A stretch of 64,000 bases of DNA from Clostridiales bacterium (GTDB taxonomy: Bacteria; Bacillota; Clostridia; Christensenellales; Pumilibacteraceae), in contig DQGD01000004.1 in assembly GCA_003533505.1 (NCBI GenBank), forward strand, positions 3,933-67,932. The letters are read 5' to 3'. The translations under genes were made by a program, and so were the position numbers. The notes under the pieces were generated by a model. It was not told where the DNA came from. It saw nothing but the letters and a program-made list of their open reading frames with translations, and made no database searches. Of the stretch, positions 36,650 to 45,217 are shown in pieces (positions within the stretch are counted from its first letter, which is position 1; each line of letters starts with the position of its first letter).

Positions 36650-36955
36650 TTACTGTAGCATTGCTTTCAGCTCGTCGGCGGAATGAAGTCCCACCGTGCG
36701 CTCCGTGAGTTCGCCGTTCTTGAATACGAGCAGCGAGGGAATGCTCATCACGCCGTAATTCATCGCGAGGTCGCCGTTTTCGTCCACGTTGACCTTGACG
36801 ATTTTAATCGTGCCGTTCGTTTCCTTTTCCAGTTTTTCGAGCTCGGGCGCTTGCGCGCGGCACGGACCGCACCACGCCGCCCAGAAGTCGACGAGGACGG
36901 TGCCGTCGGCTTTAAGAACTTCCTTATCGAATTCCTCGGAATTTACGTTTTTCAT
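36650..36955 (-). CDS. trxA: Thioredoxin
   Basis: Start at ATG 36955 (AAAGGAG RBS), 101 aa. Active site WAAWCGPCR. Confidence 0.9.
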   Translation of the reverse strand: MKNVNSEEFDKEVLKADGTVLVDFWAAWCGPCRAQAPELEKLEKETNGTIKIVKVNVDENGDLAMNYGVMSIPSLLVFKNGELTERTVGLHSADELKAMLQ

Positions 36956-37006
36956 AAGATATTCTCCTTTGCTCCGCGGCAAAATGCGCGGAAGCGCGTT
37001 GATTTT

Positions 37007-38431
37007 TCAGTAAAGCTCGTCCAGCTTTTCGATTGCCTTGACGTAGACGTCAAACAGCCTGTCGAGCGAGGCGAGCGCGATGTGCTCGTCGGCGTTGTGA
37101 AGGTCGGTCACCTCGTCCTCCTCGGTGGGACCGTAAGCCACGGCGTTCGGGAGTTCGCGAGCGTAAGTGCCGCCGCCCGTCTGAATGGGGCGCGGATTTT
37201 TCTTGCCCGTGACGGTGGAGTAAACGCCGAGAAGAGTGCGGATTAGCGGCGAATCCTCGGGCATGTAGAGATTATCGGCAAACCGCGTGCGTTTTATGCT
37301 TGCGTCGTCGCCGAAAACCGATTTCAGTGCGGATTCGGTTTCGTCGGGGTTCGCGCTTATCGGCAGGCGGAAGTCGAATTTGAGCGTCAGCTCGCCGCCG
37401 TCGTATTCGGCAACGCCCATGTTCATCGTGAGTTTTCCCGTTTCCGCGTCCTCGCGGTACGCACCGATAACGCTTGCCGAGTCGGGGCGGCAAAGTTTGT
37501 CGAATATTACGTCCACGGTTTTGCTGCCGGGGATAAGCGCCTCCAGCGCCGCCCAGATTTTCCACAGCGCGTTGTCCGCCTTTTCGGGCGCCATCGCGTG
37601 TCCGTAAATGCCGCTTGCGGTAATCGTCAAGCCGTCGTTATTCTCGGTCACGGCAAAGCACGAGGGCTTGGCTCCCACGCGCATCAGGTTTTCGGCGAGC
37701 TCGGGGGTGGAGAACACGTCCTCTTTGGAAAACGCGGCTATCAGCGCGCGCAGCTTTTCGCATGCAGCCGAGCCGCTTTTCAGCGTCACGCTCGCTTCGC
37801 CCGGCACGACGTTGGCACGGGTACCGGCGCGGAGGGAAGCTACGGAAGAAGTAAACTGCTCGTCGGGAGTAATCGCGACGTCGGTGTGAAGTATGCCCTT
37901 TTCGCTGTTAATGACGGGAAAGTCCGAGTCGGGCACGAGCGACACGACGGGGATTTCGCCTTCTTCGGCGTATTTTTTAAGGCACAGCGAGCCCGTTTCC
38001 TCGTTGCAGCCCACGATAAGGCGAACGCGGTGACGAAGCTTTACCTTTTCGTCGCGCAACTTTTTGAGAACGTACAGCATCGTGACCAGCGGACCCTTGT
38101 CGTCGGCTACGCCTCTGCCGTAAATCACGTCGCCGTCGCGGCGCACGGTAAAGGGGTCGCTCGTCCAGCCGCCGCCTGCCGGCACGATGTCGGCGTGCGC
38201 GAGAATGCCGATAAGCGGCTTTTCGGGGTCGCCGTACTCCGCCCAGCCGTAGTAGCCGCCGTTTTCGCCCACCTTCAGTCCGTAGTACGAAGCCTTGTTA
38301 AGGAAGCAATCGAGGGCTCCGCGCACTTCTGCGCCGAAGGGCGCGTCGGCGGCGCTGCGTTCTCTCTCAACGCTGTCGAAAGCGACGATTTCGGCTAAGT
38401 CTTTCAAAAATTGTTCGCGATTGTCAATCAT
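37007..38431 (-). CDS. pepV: M20-family dipeptidase (PepV/Sapep type)
   Basis: 474 aa. HADIVPAGGGWTSDPF, GRGVADDKGP and the overall length match PepV-type dipeptidases. Confidence 0.75.
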   Translation of the reverse strand: MIDNREQFLKDLAEIVAFDSVERERSAADAPFGAEVRGALDCFLNKASYYGLKVGENGGYYGWAEYGDPEKPLIGILAHADIVPAGGGWTSDPFTVRRDGDVIYGRGVADDKGPLVTMLYVLKKLRDEKVKLRHRVRLIVGCNEETGSLCLKKYAEEGEIPVVSLVPDSDFPVINSEKGILHTDVAITPDEQFTSSVASLRAGTRANVVPGEASVTLKSGSAACEKLRALIAAFSKEDVFSTPELAENLMRVGAKPSCFAVTENNDGLTITASGIYGHAMAPEKADNALWKIWAALEALIPGSKTVDVIFDKLCRPDSASVIGAYREDAETGKLTMNMGVAEYDGGELTLKFDFRLPISANPDETESALKSVFGDDASIKRTRFADNLYMPEDSPLIRTLLGVYSTVTGKKNPRPIQTGGGTYARELPNAVAYGPTEEDEVTDLHNADEHIALASLDRLFDVYVKAIEKLDELY

Positions 38432-38512
38432 AGATTAAGCTCCTTGCGTCGTGCATAATAGGGGTAGCGGGGCTATATCTTCAAAGCGAAAGCCGCACAG
38501 CCCCGAAAACGC

Positions 38513-38541
38513 TTGCATAAACGCGCGAATTGATTTATAAT
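38513..38541 (+). promoter_or_regulatory. Putative sigma-A promoter of gltX
   Basis: TTGCAT, 17 nt, TATAAT. This leaves a leader of about 90 nt, too short for a T-box. Confidence 0.5.
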
Positions 38542-38632
38542 TATCGCTGAAGCCTGTTTCGGCGGCGGTTATAAATCCGATTCGTGATTATTATACTCCC
38601 ATGCCGGAAATTTGTCAACAGAGGAGCACCAA

Positions 38633-40063
38633 ATGGAAACGGTAAGAACGAGATTTGCGCCCAGCCCCACGGGTTATTTGCACATCGGCGGCTTGCGCAC
38701 CGCGCTTTACGCCTATCTTTTCGCAAAAAAGCACGACGGTAAATTCATTCTTCGCATCGAGGACACCGATATGGGGCGCTACGTCGACGGCGCGGTGGAG
38801 ATTATTTACCGCACGCTGAGAGATTGCGGACTCGACTACGACGAGGGTCCGGACGTGGGAGGGGATTACGGTCCCTACGTTCAGTCCGAGCGCAAGGATA
38901 TATATCTTAAGTATGCCCGCCGGCTCGTCGAGCAGGGCGACGCATACTACTGCTTCTGCACCAAGGAGCGGCTGGAAGAAATGCACGAAAAGGGCGCGAC
39001 GAAATACGACAAGCACTGTCTGCACCTACCAAAAGAGGAAGTCGAACGCCGCATTGCCGCAGGCGAGCCCTACGTCATTCGCCAGAACATTCCCGAGGAG
39101 GGCTCGTCCACCTATCACGACATGGTTTTCGGCGACATAACCGTCGACAACAAGGAGCTCGAGGACAATATTCTCATAAAGTCCGACGGAATGCCCACCT
39201 ACAACTTCGCCAACGTAATCGACGACCACCTGATGAAGATAAACTACGTCATTCGCGGCGTGGAGTATCTTTCGTCCACGCCCAAGTACAATCTTCTTTA
39301 CCGCGCGTTCGGCTGGGAAATCCCCAACTATATGCACTTGCAACCCATCATGCGCGACGCTCAGCACAAGCTCAGCAAGCGTCACGGCGACGCGTCCTAC
39401 GAGGACTTTATCAAAAAGGGTTACCTGAAGGAAGCGGTGATGAATTACATTGCGCTGCTCGGCTGGAGCCCGAAGAACGATTGCGAGAAGTTCAGCCTTG
39501 ACGAGATGGTAAAAATGTTTTCCGTCGAGGGCTTGAGTAAGTCCGCGTCGATATTCGACGAAGCGAAAATGCGCTGGCTCAATTCGTGCTATATAAAAGA
39601 GCTTACGCCCGACGATTTTTACGACAAAGCGCTGCCGTTCATGGAAAAAGTCGACTACCTTAAAGGCTATGACCTCAGATTCCTCGCCACGCTTTTGCAG
39701 AACCGCTGCGAAACGCTTGCGGACGTAGGCAAACTCACCGAGTTTTTGTCGGCGTTCGACGGCTACGATACCGCGCTGTTTGTCAACGCTAAGTGGAAAA
39801 CAGATTGCGAGCTCGCGAAAAAGACGATTCCCGACCTTATCGAGCTGTGCAAAACCGATTTCGACGGACTGCACGACGCGCTCGTTGTCTACGCCGAGAA
39901 GTCGGGGTATAAGAAAGGACAAGTGCTGTGGATATTCCGCATCGCGATTACCGGAGCGCAGAACACCCCGGGCGGCGCGACGGAAATGGCGGAGCTCCTC
40001 GGAAAAGACAGGGTGCTCGAAAGGCTGAATAAGAGCCTTGCAAAGCTCTCTGGTAGTCTATAA
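38633..40063 (+). CDS. gltX: Glutamate--tRNA ligase
   Basis: ATG at 38633 with an AGAGGAG RBS. METVRTRFAPSPTGYLHIGGLRTALY carries the HIGH motif, and KLSKRHG is the KMSKS equivalent. 476 aa. Confidence 0.9.
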   Translation: METVRTRFAPSPTGYLHIGGLRTALYAYLFAKKHDGKFILRIEDTDMGRYVDGAVEIIYRTLRDCGLDYDEGPDVGGDYGPYVQSERKDIYLKYARRLVEQGDAYYCFCTKERLEEMHEKGATKYDKHCLHLPKEEVERRIAAGEPYVIRQNIPEEGSSTYHDMVFGDITVDNKELEDNILIKSDGMPTYNFANVIDDHLMKINYVIRGVEYLSSTPKYNLLYRAFGWEIPNYMHLQPIMRDAQHKLSKRHGDASYEDFIKKGYLKEAVMNYIALLGWSPKNDCEKFSLDEMVKMFSVEGLSKSASIFDEAKMRWLNSCYIKELTPDDFYDKALPFMEKVDYLKGYDLRFLATLLQNRCETLADVGKLTEFLSAFDGYDTALFVNAKWKTDCELAKKTIPDLIELCKTDFDGLHDALVVYAEKSGYKKGQVLWIFRIAITGAQNTPGGATEMAELLGKDRVLERLNKSLAKLSGSL

Positions 40064-40073
40064 AAAACAAACG

Positions 40074-40113
40074 AGGCTTAGCTACCGCGCGCGGTCGTTA
40101 AGCCTTGATTTTT
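40074..40113 (+). terminator. Intrinsic terminator after gltX
   Basis: AGGCTTAGCTACCGCG/CGCGGTCGTTAAGCCT long stem with a small internal loop, followed by TGATTTTT. Confidence 0.55.
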
Positions 40114-40126
40114 AAGGGTAACGGGA

Positions 40127-40936
40127 ATGTACGAGTCGATAAAATCGAATTTTCGCAGAATAGTCGCGGCGCATTGCGTGCTGGAAAATTTTATTGCGCT
40201 CGAGCGCACGGGCAACGTCGGCGGCGTGCCGCGCTACTCCGACTGTTTCGTCTATATTCTCAGCGGCAGAGCGCGGTATGAGTTTTCGGACTATTCGTTC
40301 GTGGTGTCGGCAGGCGAGATACTGTACCTTCCCAAGGGCGGAGTGTACGAGATTGAGAAACTGACGGACGAATACCGCTTCATTTTCGTCGACTTCGATT
40401 TCGAGAGCGACGGGAAGAATTATCGCGGCGAAGCGTTGCGCGTTGCCGATTCCGCGTCGGCCGAAAAGCTGTTCAGAAAAATGGACGCGACTTTTCTGGA
40501 ACGCGCCGAGTGGTGGCAGCCGTCGCTGTTGTCCGCGCTGTACGAAGTTTACGCCTGCGTTATGCGTTGCGGCGGCAGGGATTACCGTACGGGAGCGGTT
40601 GTCGAGCGCGTGCGCCCGGCGTGTGAAGCCATGCTTTCGGGTTATGCCGACCCGGACTTTTCCGTGGCGGCGCTAGGCGAGAAGTGCGGACTGAAAGAGT
40701 CGCAATTTCGCAGATTGTTCAGTGAGGCTTACGGCGTTTCGCCCGTCCGCTACCTGACGAGGCTGCGGCTGGGGCGAGCCAAGGCACTGCTCGAGTCGGG
40801 CGACTGTTCGATTTCCGCCGTCGCCGCACAGTCGGGCTTTTCCGACGAGTACTATTTCAACCGCGCGTTTACCAAAAACGTCGGCATTACGCCCGGAAAA
40901 TACGCCGAGTTCAAATCAAAGTACCGAAAAGTATAA
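40127..40936 (+). CDS. AraC-family transcriptional regulator
   Basis: 269 aa. N-terminal cupin-like domain and a C-terminal double HTH (FRRLFSEAYGVSPVRYLTRLRL...YFNRAFTKNVGITPGKY). Confidence 0.8.
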   Translation: MYESIKSNFRRIVAAHCVLENFIALERTGNVGGVPRYSDCFVYILSGRARYEFSDYSFVVSAGEILYLPKGGVYEIEKLTDEYRFIFVDFDFESDGKNYRGEALRVADSASAEKLFRKMDATFLERAEWWQPSLLSALYEVYACVMRCGGRDYRTGAVVERVRPACEAMLSGYADPDFSVAALGEKCGLKESQFRRLFSEAYGVSPVRYLTRLRLGRAKALLESGDCSISAVAAQSGFSDEYYFNRAFTKNVGITPGKYAEFKSKYRKV

Positions 40937-41020
40937 AAAATACCGAATTGTGTATTGCATATAAGCTTCCTTGCATGATATTATGATTGCAGGGAAGTTT
41001 TGCTTATAGCCGAGGTATTT

Positions 41021-43150
41021 ATGGACAAAAGCGAGGAAAAGACAAGCATTTCGTGCGGACTGAACGCTGACGGACTGCGCTCGGGACTGATTGAATTGAA
41101 TGAAAAGTACAAATCCGAAAGCGCGTGCGCCCGGCGTGCGCGGCTGATTGCGTTCGCATTGGAGAACGCGCGGATTACGCTTAGGCACGGCGACGGCTTT
41201 GCCTATAAGGCAGATTTCGGCAGGACGATAGAGGATATTCGTTGGGGCGACGTCGGGTTGAAGCTGGACAAAGGCGTGTGCGCCGACGAGTTTAAGAAGA
41301 GAGAGGAACATCTTAAGTTGTGCGACTTTATCGGCGGACTTGATTTCGGACACTCGATGCCCGATTTCCGCGCGCTTCTCAAACTCGGCGTGGGCGGACT
41401 TATAAAGCGGCTGAAAAAACGCAAAAAGGACTGTCGCGACGAGAAAAGGTTCGCGTTCTATGACGCGAGTATGCTTGCGCTCGGCGCGTTCGGCGCGTTT
41501 GTCAGGCGGTTTGCCGCGCTCGCGAGAATGAACGGCGACGAGCCGCTTGCGAGCAGGCTGACGCGAGTGTCCGACGAGCCGCCGACGAGCTTTCACGAGG
41601 CTTTGCAACTGATTATGCTGTACTATGTCGCGGTGCAGCAGGCGGAGGGTTGCGCCGTGCGTTCGCTGGGCGGACTCGACGAGCTATATCCGTATTACGC
41701 CGCGGATATAGCGGAGGGACGCGAGAGCCGCGAGGACTACGCCGAAGTAATAGCCGAGTTTTACCGCGACCTCGCCTCGTTTCACGCGACGGCGAACGTG
41801 CCGTTTTTTATCGGCGGACAGACGGCAGACGGAAAAACAGCCGTCAATCCGCTCAGCTACGAGCTGGTGCGAGTGTACCTCGAAACGGGGCTTTACGACC
41901 CGAAAATCCACGTCCGCGTGACGCGCGACTTCCCGGACGACCTCATGAATACGATACTTGACGGGATAAGGCGCGGAAGCAGCAGTTTTGTCTTTATTTC
42001 CGACGACGCGGTAATAAAAGGACTGACGGAAACTCTGGGCGAGAGCGCGGAGGACGCGCGCGACTACACGGTAATCGGCTGCTACGAGCCTGCCGCTTAC
42101 GGCAAAGAAATGCCCTCGTCGTGTTGCGGACTTATCAACGTGCCGAAAAGCCTGGAAATCGCGCTGGGTCACGGTTTCGACATTAAATTCGGCGTGAGGG
42201 CGGACGACCTCGAATATCCTTCCGACTATAAGAGCTTCGACGAGCTTTATTCCGCGCTGAAACTTCGGCTTCGCTACGCCGCCGAGCAGGCGATGGAAAT
42301 CACCGCCGCGTATGAGAAACATTACGACCTCGTGACTTCCGCTCCGCTGACTTCCGCGACGTTCGCCGATTGCGTGGAGAAGGGCGAGGACGCCTACACG
42401 GGCGGCGCGAAGTACAATAACTCGGGACTTAACGTCACCGGGCTTGCCACCGCCGTCGACAGCCTTATGGCGATTAAACGGCTGGTGTTCGACGAGCGGC
42501 GCGTTACGCTCGGCGAGTTTGCCGAAATCCTTAAAAACGACTGGCGCGGCGCGGACGAACTGCGGTTAAAGGCTACGCAGTCCGATTGCTACGGCAACGG
42601 ACACGAAGCCGTCGACGCGCTTTACACCGACCTTTACGATTATATCGGCGGACTGTTCAATGGAAAGCGTAACGGCAGGAACGGATTGTTCCGCATGGGT
42701 GCGTTCTCGATTGACAACTGCTTCTGGCTGGGCAAGGGTACGGCGGCGAGCGCCGACGGCAGACGTTGCGGCGAGCCGATTTCCAAAAACTCGTGCGCTT
42801 CCGTAGGCAAAGACAAGTCGGGCGTGACCGCGCTCTTGTCGTCGGTTGCCAAAGCCGACGCCGCGCTCGCTCCGAACGGCGGAGTGCTGGACGTAGTACT
42901 TCATCCCTCGGCGGTGTCGGGCGACGACGGACTGAACGCTTTTGCCGCGCTGGTGCGCACCTACTTTGCGCTCGGCGGCTTTGCGGTGCATTTCAACGTG
43001 TTCTCGTCGGAGGAGCTTAAAAAGGCAAAGCAGTGCCCCGAAAAGTACTCCACGCTGCAGGTGCGCGTGTGCGGCTGGAACGCGTACTTTGTGGACTTGC
43101 CGCCCGAGCAGCAGGATACGTTTATAAAAATTGCGGAGGGAACGGAATAA
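41021..43150 (+). CDS. Glycyl-radical enzyme (PFL2/dehydratase-like clade), unusually short, substrate unknown
   Basis: 709 aa from ATG 41021. The glycyl-radical motif is TLQVRVCGWNAYFV (Gly685, nt 43073-43075). The thiyl loop is VIGCYEPAA (Cys354/Glu356, nt 42080-42088). The C-terminus is typical of PFL-fold enzymes. Confidence 0.8.
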   Translation: MDKSEEKTSISCGLNADGLRSGLIELNEKYKSESACARRARLIAFALENARITLRHGDGFAYKADFGRTIEDIRWGDVGLKLDKGVCADEFKKREEHLKLCDFIGGLDFGHSMPDFRALLKLGVGGLIKRLKKRKKDCRDEKRFAFYDASMLALGAFGAFVRRFAALARMNGDEPLASRLTRVSDEPPTSFHEALQLIMLYYVAVQQAEGCAVRSLGGLDELYPYYAADIAEGRESREDYAEVIAEFYRDLASFHATANVPFFIGGQTADGKTAVNPLSYELVRVYLETGLYDPKIHVRVTRDFPDDLMNTILDGIRRGSSSFVFISDDAVIKGLTETLGESAEDARDYTVIGCYEPAAYGKEMPSSCCGLINVPKSLEIALGHGFDIKFGVRADDLEYPSDYKSFDELYSALKLRLRYAAEQAMEITAAYEKHYDLVTSAPLTSATFADCVEKGEDAYTGGAKYNNSGLNVTGLATAVDSLMAIKRLVFDERRVTLGEFAEILKNDWRGADELRLKATQSDCYGNGHEAVDALYTDLYDYIGGLFNGKRNGRNGLFRMGAFSIDNCFWLGKGTAASADGRRCGEPISKNSCASVGKDKSGVTALLSSVAKADAALAPNGGVLDVVLHPSAVSGDDGLNAFAALVRTYFALGGFAVHFNVFSSEELKKAKQCPEKYSTLQVRVCGWNAYFVDLPPEQQDTFIKIAEGTE

Positions 43151-44052
43151 TGACGAGCGGCATAATTTCCGAAATACGGCGATTCTGCACTCACGACGGC
43201 GACGGAATCCGCACGACCGTCGCGCTCAAGGGCTGTCCGCTCAGGTGCAGGTGGTGCCACAACCCCGAAACGCTGACGTCCAAGCCGTCGCTCGCGTTCG
43301 CCGCGGCAAAGTGCGTGCGTTGCGGCAGATGCGTTTCCGCGTGCGGCAGCGGCGTGCACGAGATAAAGAACGGCGAACACGTAATTCACAGAGCCGCGTG
43401 TACGGGCAGAGGCGAATGCGAGCGGGCATGTCCTTCGTCCGCGCTCAAACTGTACGGCGAGCGAATAACCGCGGAGGAAGCCGTGCGACGCGCGCTTACC
43501 GACCGCCCGTTTTTCGATAATTCGGGAGGCGGCGTAACGCTGTCGGGCGGCGAACCGCTGTTTCAGCCCGAGTTCTCGCTGGAAATCGCGCGGCAAGTAA
43601 AAGCCGAGGGCGTTTCGGTGATGCTGGACACCTCGGGTTACGCGCGTCCCGAAGTATTCGACAGGTTTCTGCCCGTCGTCGACAAGCTGTTGTTCGACCT
43701 CAAAATCATCGACGGCGAACGCCACCGCGACTTTACCGGCGCGGACAACGCTCCCATTCTTAATAATCTCGCGCGCGCCGTGGAGTTCGGCTCGGAAATC
43801 GAGATAAGAACGCCCGTCATACCCGGAGTAAACGACGCCGAAACCGATTTCGCGGCTGCTGCGGACTTTCTTAAAGACATCGGGTTCAAGGGCAGGGTGA
43901 AGTTGCTGCCGTTCAACGCGCTCGCCTCGGCAAAGTACGCCGCGCTGGGACTCGACTACGCCTTCGGCGGCGAGGAGAAACAGTCCTGCGACAAGATGCG
44001 CCGTTATTCGGACTTTTACGCGAGTATAGGCATAGATTGCGTTGTCGGCTGA
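43150..44052 (+). CDS. Glycyl-radical enzyme activating protein (radical SAM)
   Basis: The ATG overlaps the GRE stop (TAATG). 300 aa. CPLRCRWCHN is the CxxxCxxC motif, with two ferredoxin-like clusters (CVRCGRCVSAC, CTGRGECERACP). The first 39 codons of the track ORF overlap the GRE gene. Confidence 0.85.
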   Translation: MTSGIISEIRRFCTHDGDGIRTTVALKGCPLRCRWCHNPETLTSKPSLAFAAAKCVRCGRCVSACGSGVHEIKNGEHVIHRAACTGRGECERACPSSALKLYGERITAEEAVRRALTDRPFFDNSGGGVTLSGGEPLFQPEFSLEIARQVKAEGVSVMLDTSGYARPEVFDRFLPVVDKLLFDLKIIDGERHRDFTGADNAPILNNLARAVEFGSEIEIRTPVIPGVNDAETDFAAAADFLKDIGFKGRVKLLPFNALASAKYAALGLDYAFGGEEKQSCDKMRRYSDFYASIGIDCVVG

Positions 44053-44197
44053 AATTTCTAATCATATTTTAATCGATAATTTATTATTTTAATATTGAAT
44101 TTTTTCAGGCTCCGTGCTATACTTATAATGTAATAAGGGCGCGGAGCCTTTTCGGCTCGTTTTTCCCTAGGTACGACTATTTCGGCGGAGGTAAAAA

Positions 44198-44887
44198 ATG
44201 ATTTTTTGTTCGGCGGCAGGTAATTGGTGGGACGGACTCACCGCCACGCATCAGGCGGCGTTTATTCTCGCCGCGGCGGCTTCCGTCATTCTCGTCGTTC
44301 AGCTCGTGATGATGTTGATAGGGCTGGGGAGCGACGGCGGTTTCGACGGCGACACGTCCGACATCGACGGCTGCGGCGACCTCGACTGCGGAATCCCCGA
44401 CAGCGCGGACGACGCGTTCAACAACGACGGCATCGCGGAAGCGAGCGGACTGAGAATCGTGTCTTTCCGCACGGTGGTTGCGTTCTTTGCGCTGGGCGGC
44501 TGGATAACCTACACCATGGCTTACTTCCTGCCCTGGTGGGGAGCGGTGCTCATCGGCGTCGCGGCAGGCTGCGCGGCGGCTGTGGGCGTGGCATACCTCA
44601 TGCGCGCCATACTTTCGTTTCAGTCCGACGGCAACCGCAAAATGGGCTTTGCCGTGGGCAAAATAGCCGAGGTTTATCTCACGATACCGGCAAAGAGAAC
44701 GGGCAGCGGTAAAATCAGCGTGGTCGTGCAGGACGCGCTCACCGAGTGCGCCGCCGTCACCGACAGCGACGAGCCGCTTTCTACCGGCAGTCGTTGCGTG
44801 ATAAAAGCTGTTCTGTCCGAACAACTCGTGCTGGTTGAACCAATGGTTGCGACAAAGCCCGAAGCATCGGACGAAAAAGCGGAGTAA
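44198..44887 (+). CDS. NfeD-like membrane protein (OB-fold C-terminal domain)
   Basis: 229 aa. TM helices, an acidic loop, and a C-terminal GKIAEVYLTIPAKRTGSGKISVVVQDALTECAAV beta-rich domain. GGAGG RBS. Lies upstream of flotillin, as in known nfeD-floT operons. Confidence 0.6.
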   Translation: MIFCSAAGNWWDGLTATHQAAFILAAAASVILVVQLVMMLIGLGSDGGFDGDTSDIDGCGDLDCGIPDSADDAFNNDGIAEASGLRIVSFRTVVAFFALGGWITYTMAYFLPWWGAVLIGVAAGCAAAVGVAYLMRAILSFQSDGNRKMGFAVGKIAEVYLTIPAKRTGSGKISVVVQDALTECAAVTDSDEPLSTGSRCVIKAVLSEQLVLVEPMVATKPEASDEKAE

Positions 44888-44894
44888 AATAACG

Positions 44895-45191
44895 ATGGAA
44901 GGGAAGAAAAGTGCCGGCAACAATACGAATAACAAGAAAAACAAAAACGCGAATCGCGATGTAATAAACGTCGGCGAAACTAACGACAATCGCGACGTAA
45001 CCGACTTCGACGAATTAGACCGCAATCGCGACGTTATCGAGGATAACGACTGTGATAAGCCGCTGAGCGAAAGGGGTTATATTCTGTCGGGGCTTACCGA
45101 AGCGTGGGAGTGGGTGAAGATAACGTTGGCGATTATCGCGACGCCGTTTTTAATAATTATGTTGATTAAAATTTTTACCGGAAAATTGTAA
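44895..45191 (+). CDS. Small tail-anchored protein with three 12-aa NRDV repeats
   Basis: 98 aa from ATG 44895. The repeats are NRDVINVGETND / NRDVTDFDELDR / NRDVIEDNDCDK. AATCGCGAYGT occurs at 44952, 44988 and 45024, exactly 36 nt apart. The C-terminal TM helix is ITLAIIATPFLIIMLIKIF. Whether it is really translated is uncertain. Confidence 0.45.
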   Translation: MEGKKSAGNNTNNKKNKNANRDVINVGETNDNRDVTDFDELDRNRDVIEDNDCDKPLSERGYILSGLTEAWEWVKITLAIIATPFLIIMLIKIFTGKL

Positions 45192-45217
45192 AAACTAATT
45201 TTATGGAGGAGTACTCA

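Noticed and set aside
38432-38632. T-box leaders upstream of gltX (and likewise metG at 62740-62946 and thrC)
   Set aside because: The leaders downstream of the predicted promoters are only about 80-90 nt. I saw no specifier-loop/terminator-antiterminator architecture and no GGGTGGTACCGCG-like T-box sequence.
44095-44160. Promoter (TTGAAT-17-TATACT) versus terminator (AGGCTCCGTGC...GCGCGGAGCCT + T-rich) between the activase and nfeD
   Set aside because: The two interpretations overlap the same bases and I cannot choose between them from sequence alone, so neither is listed as a feature.
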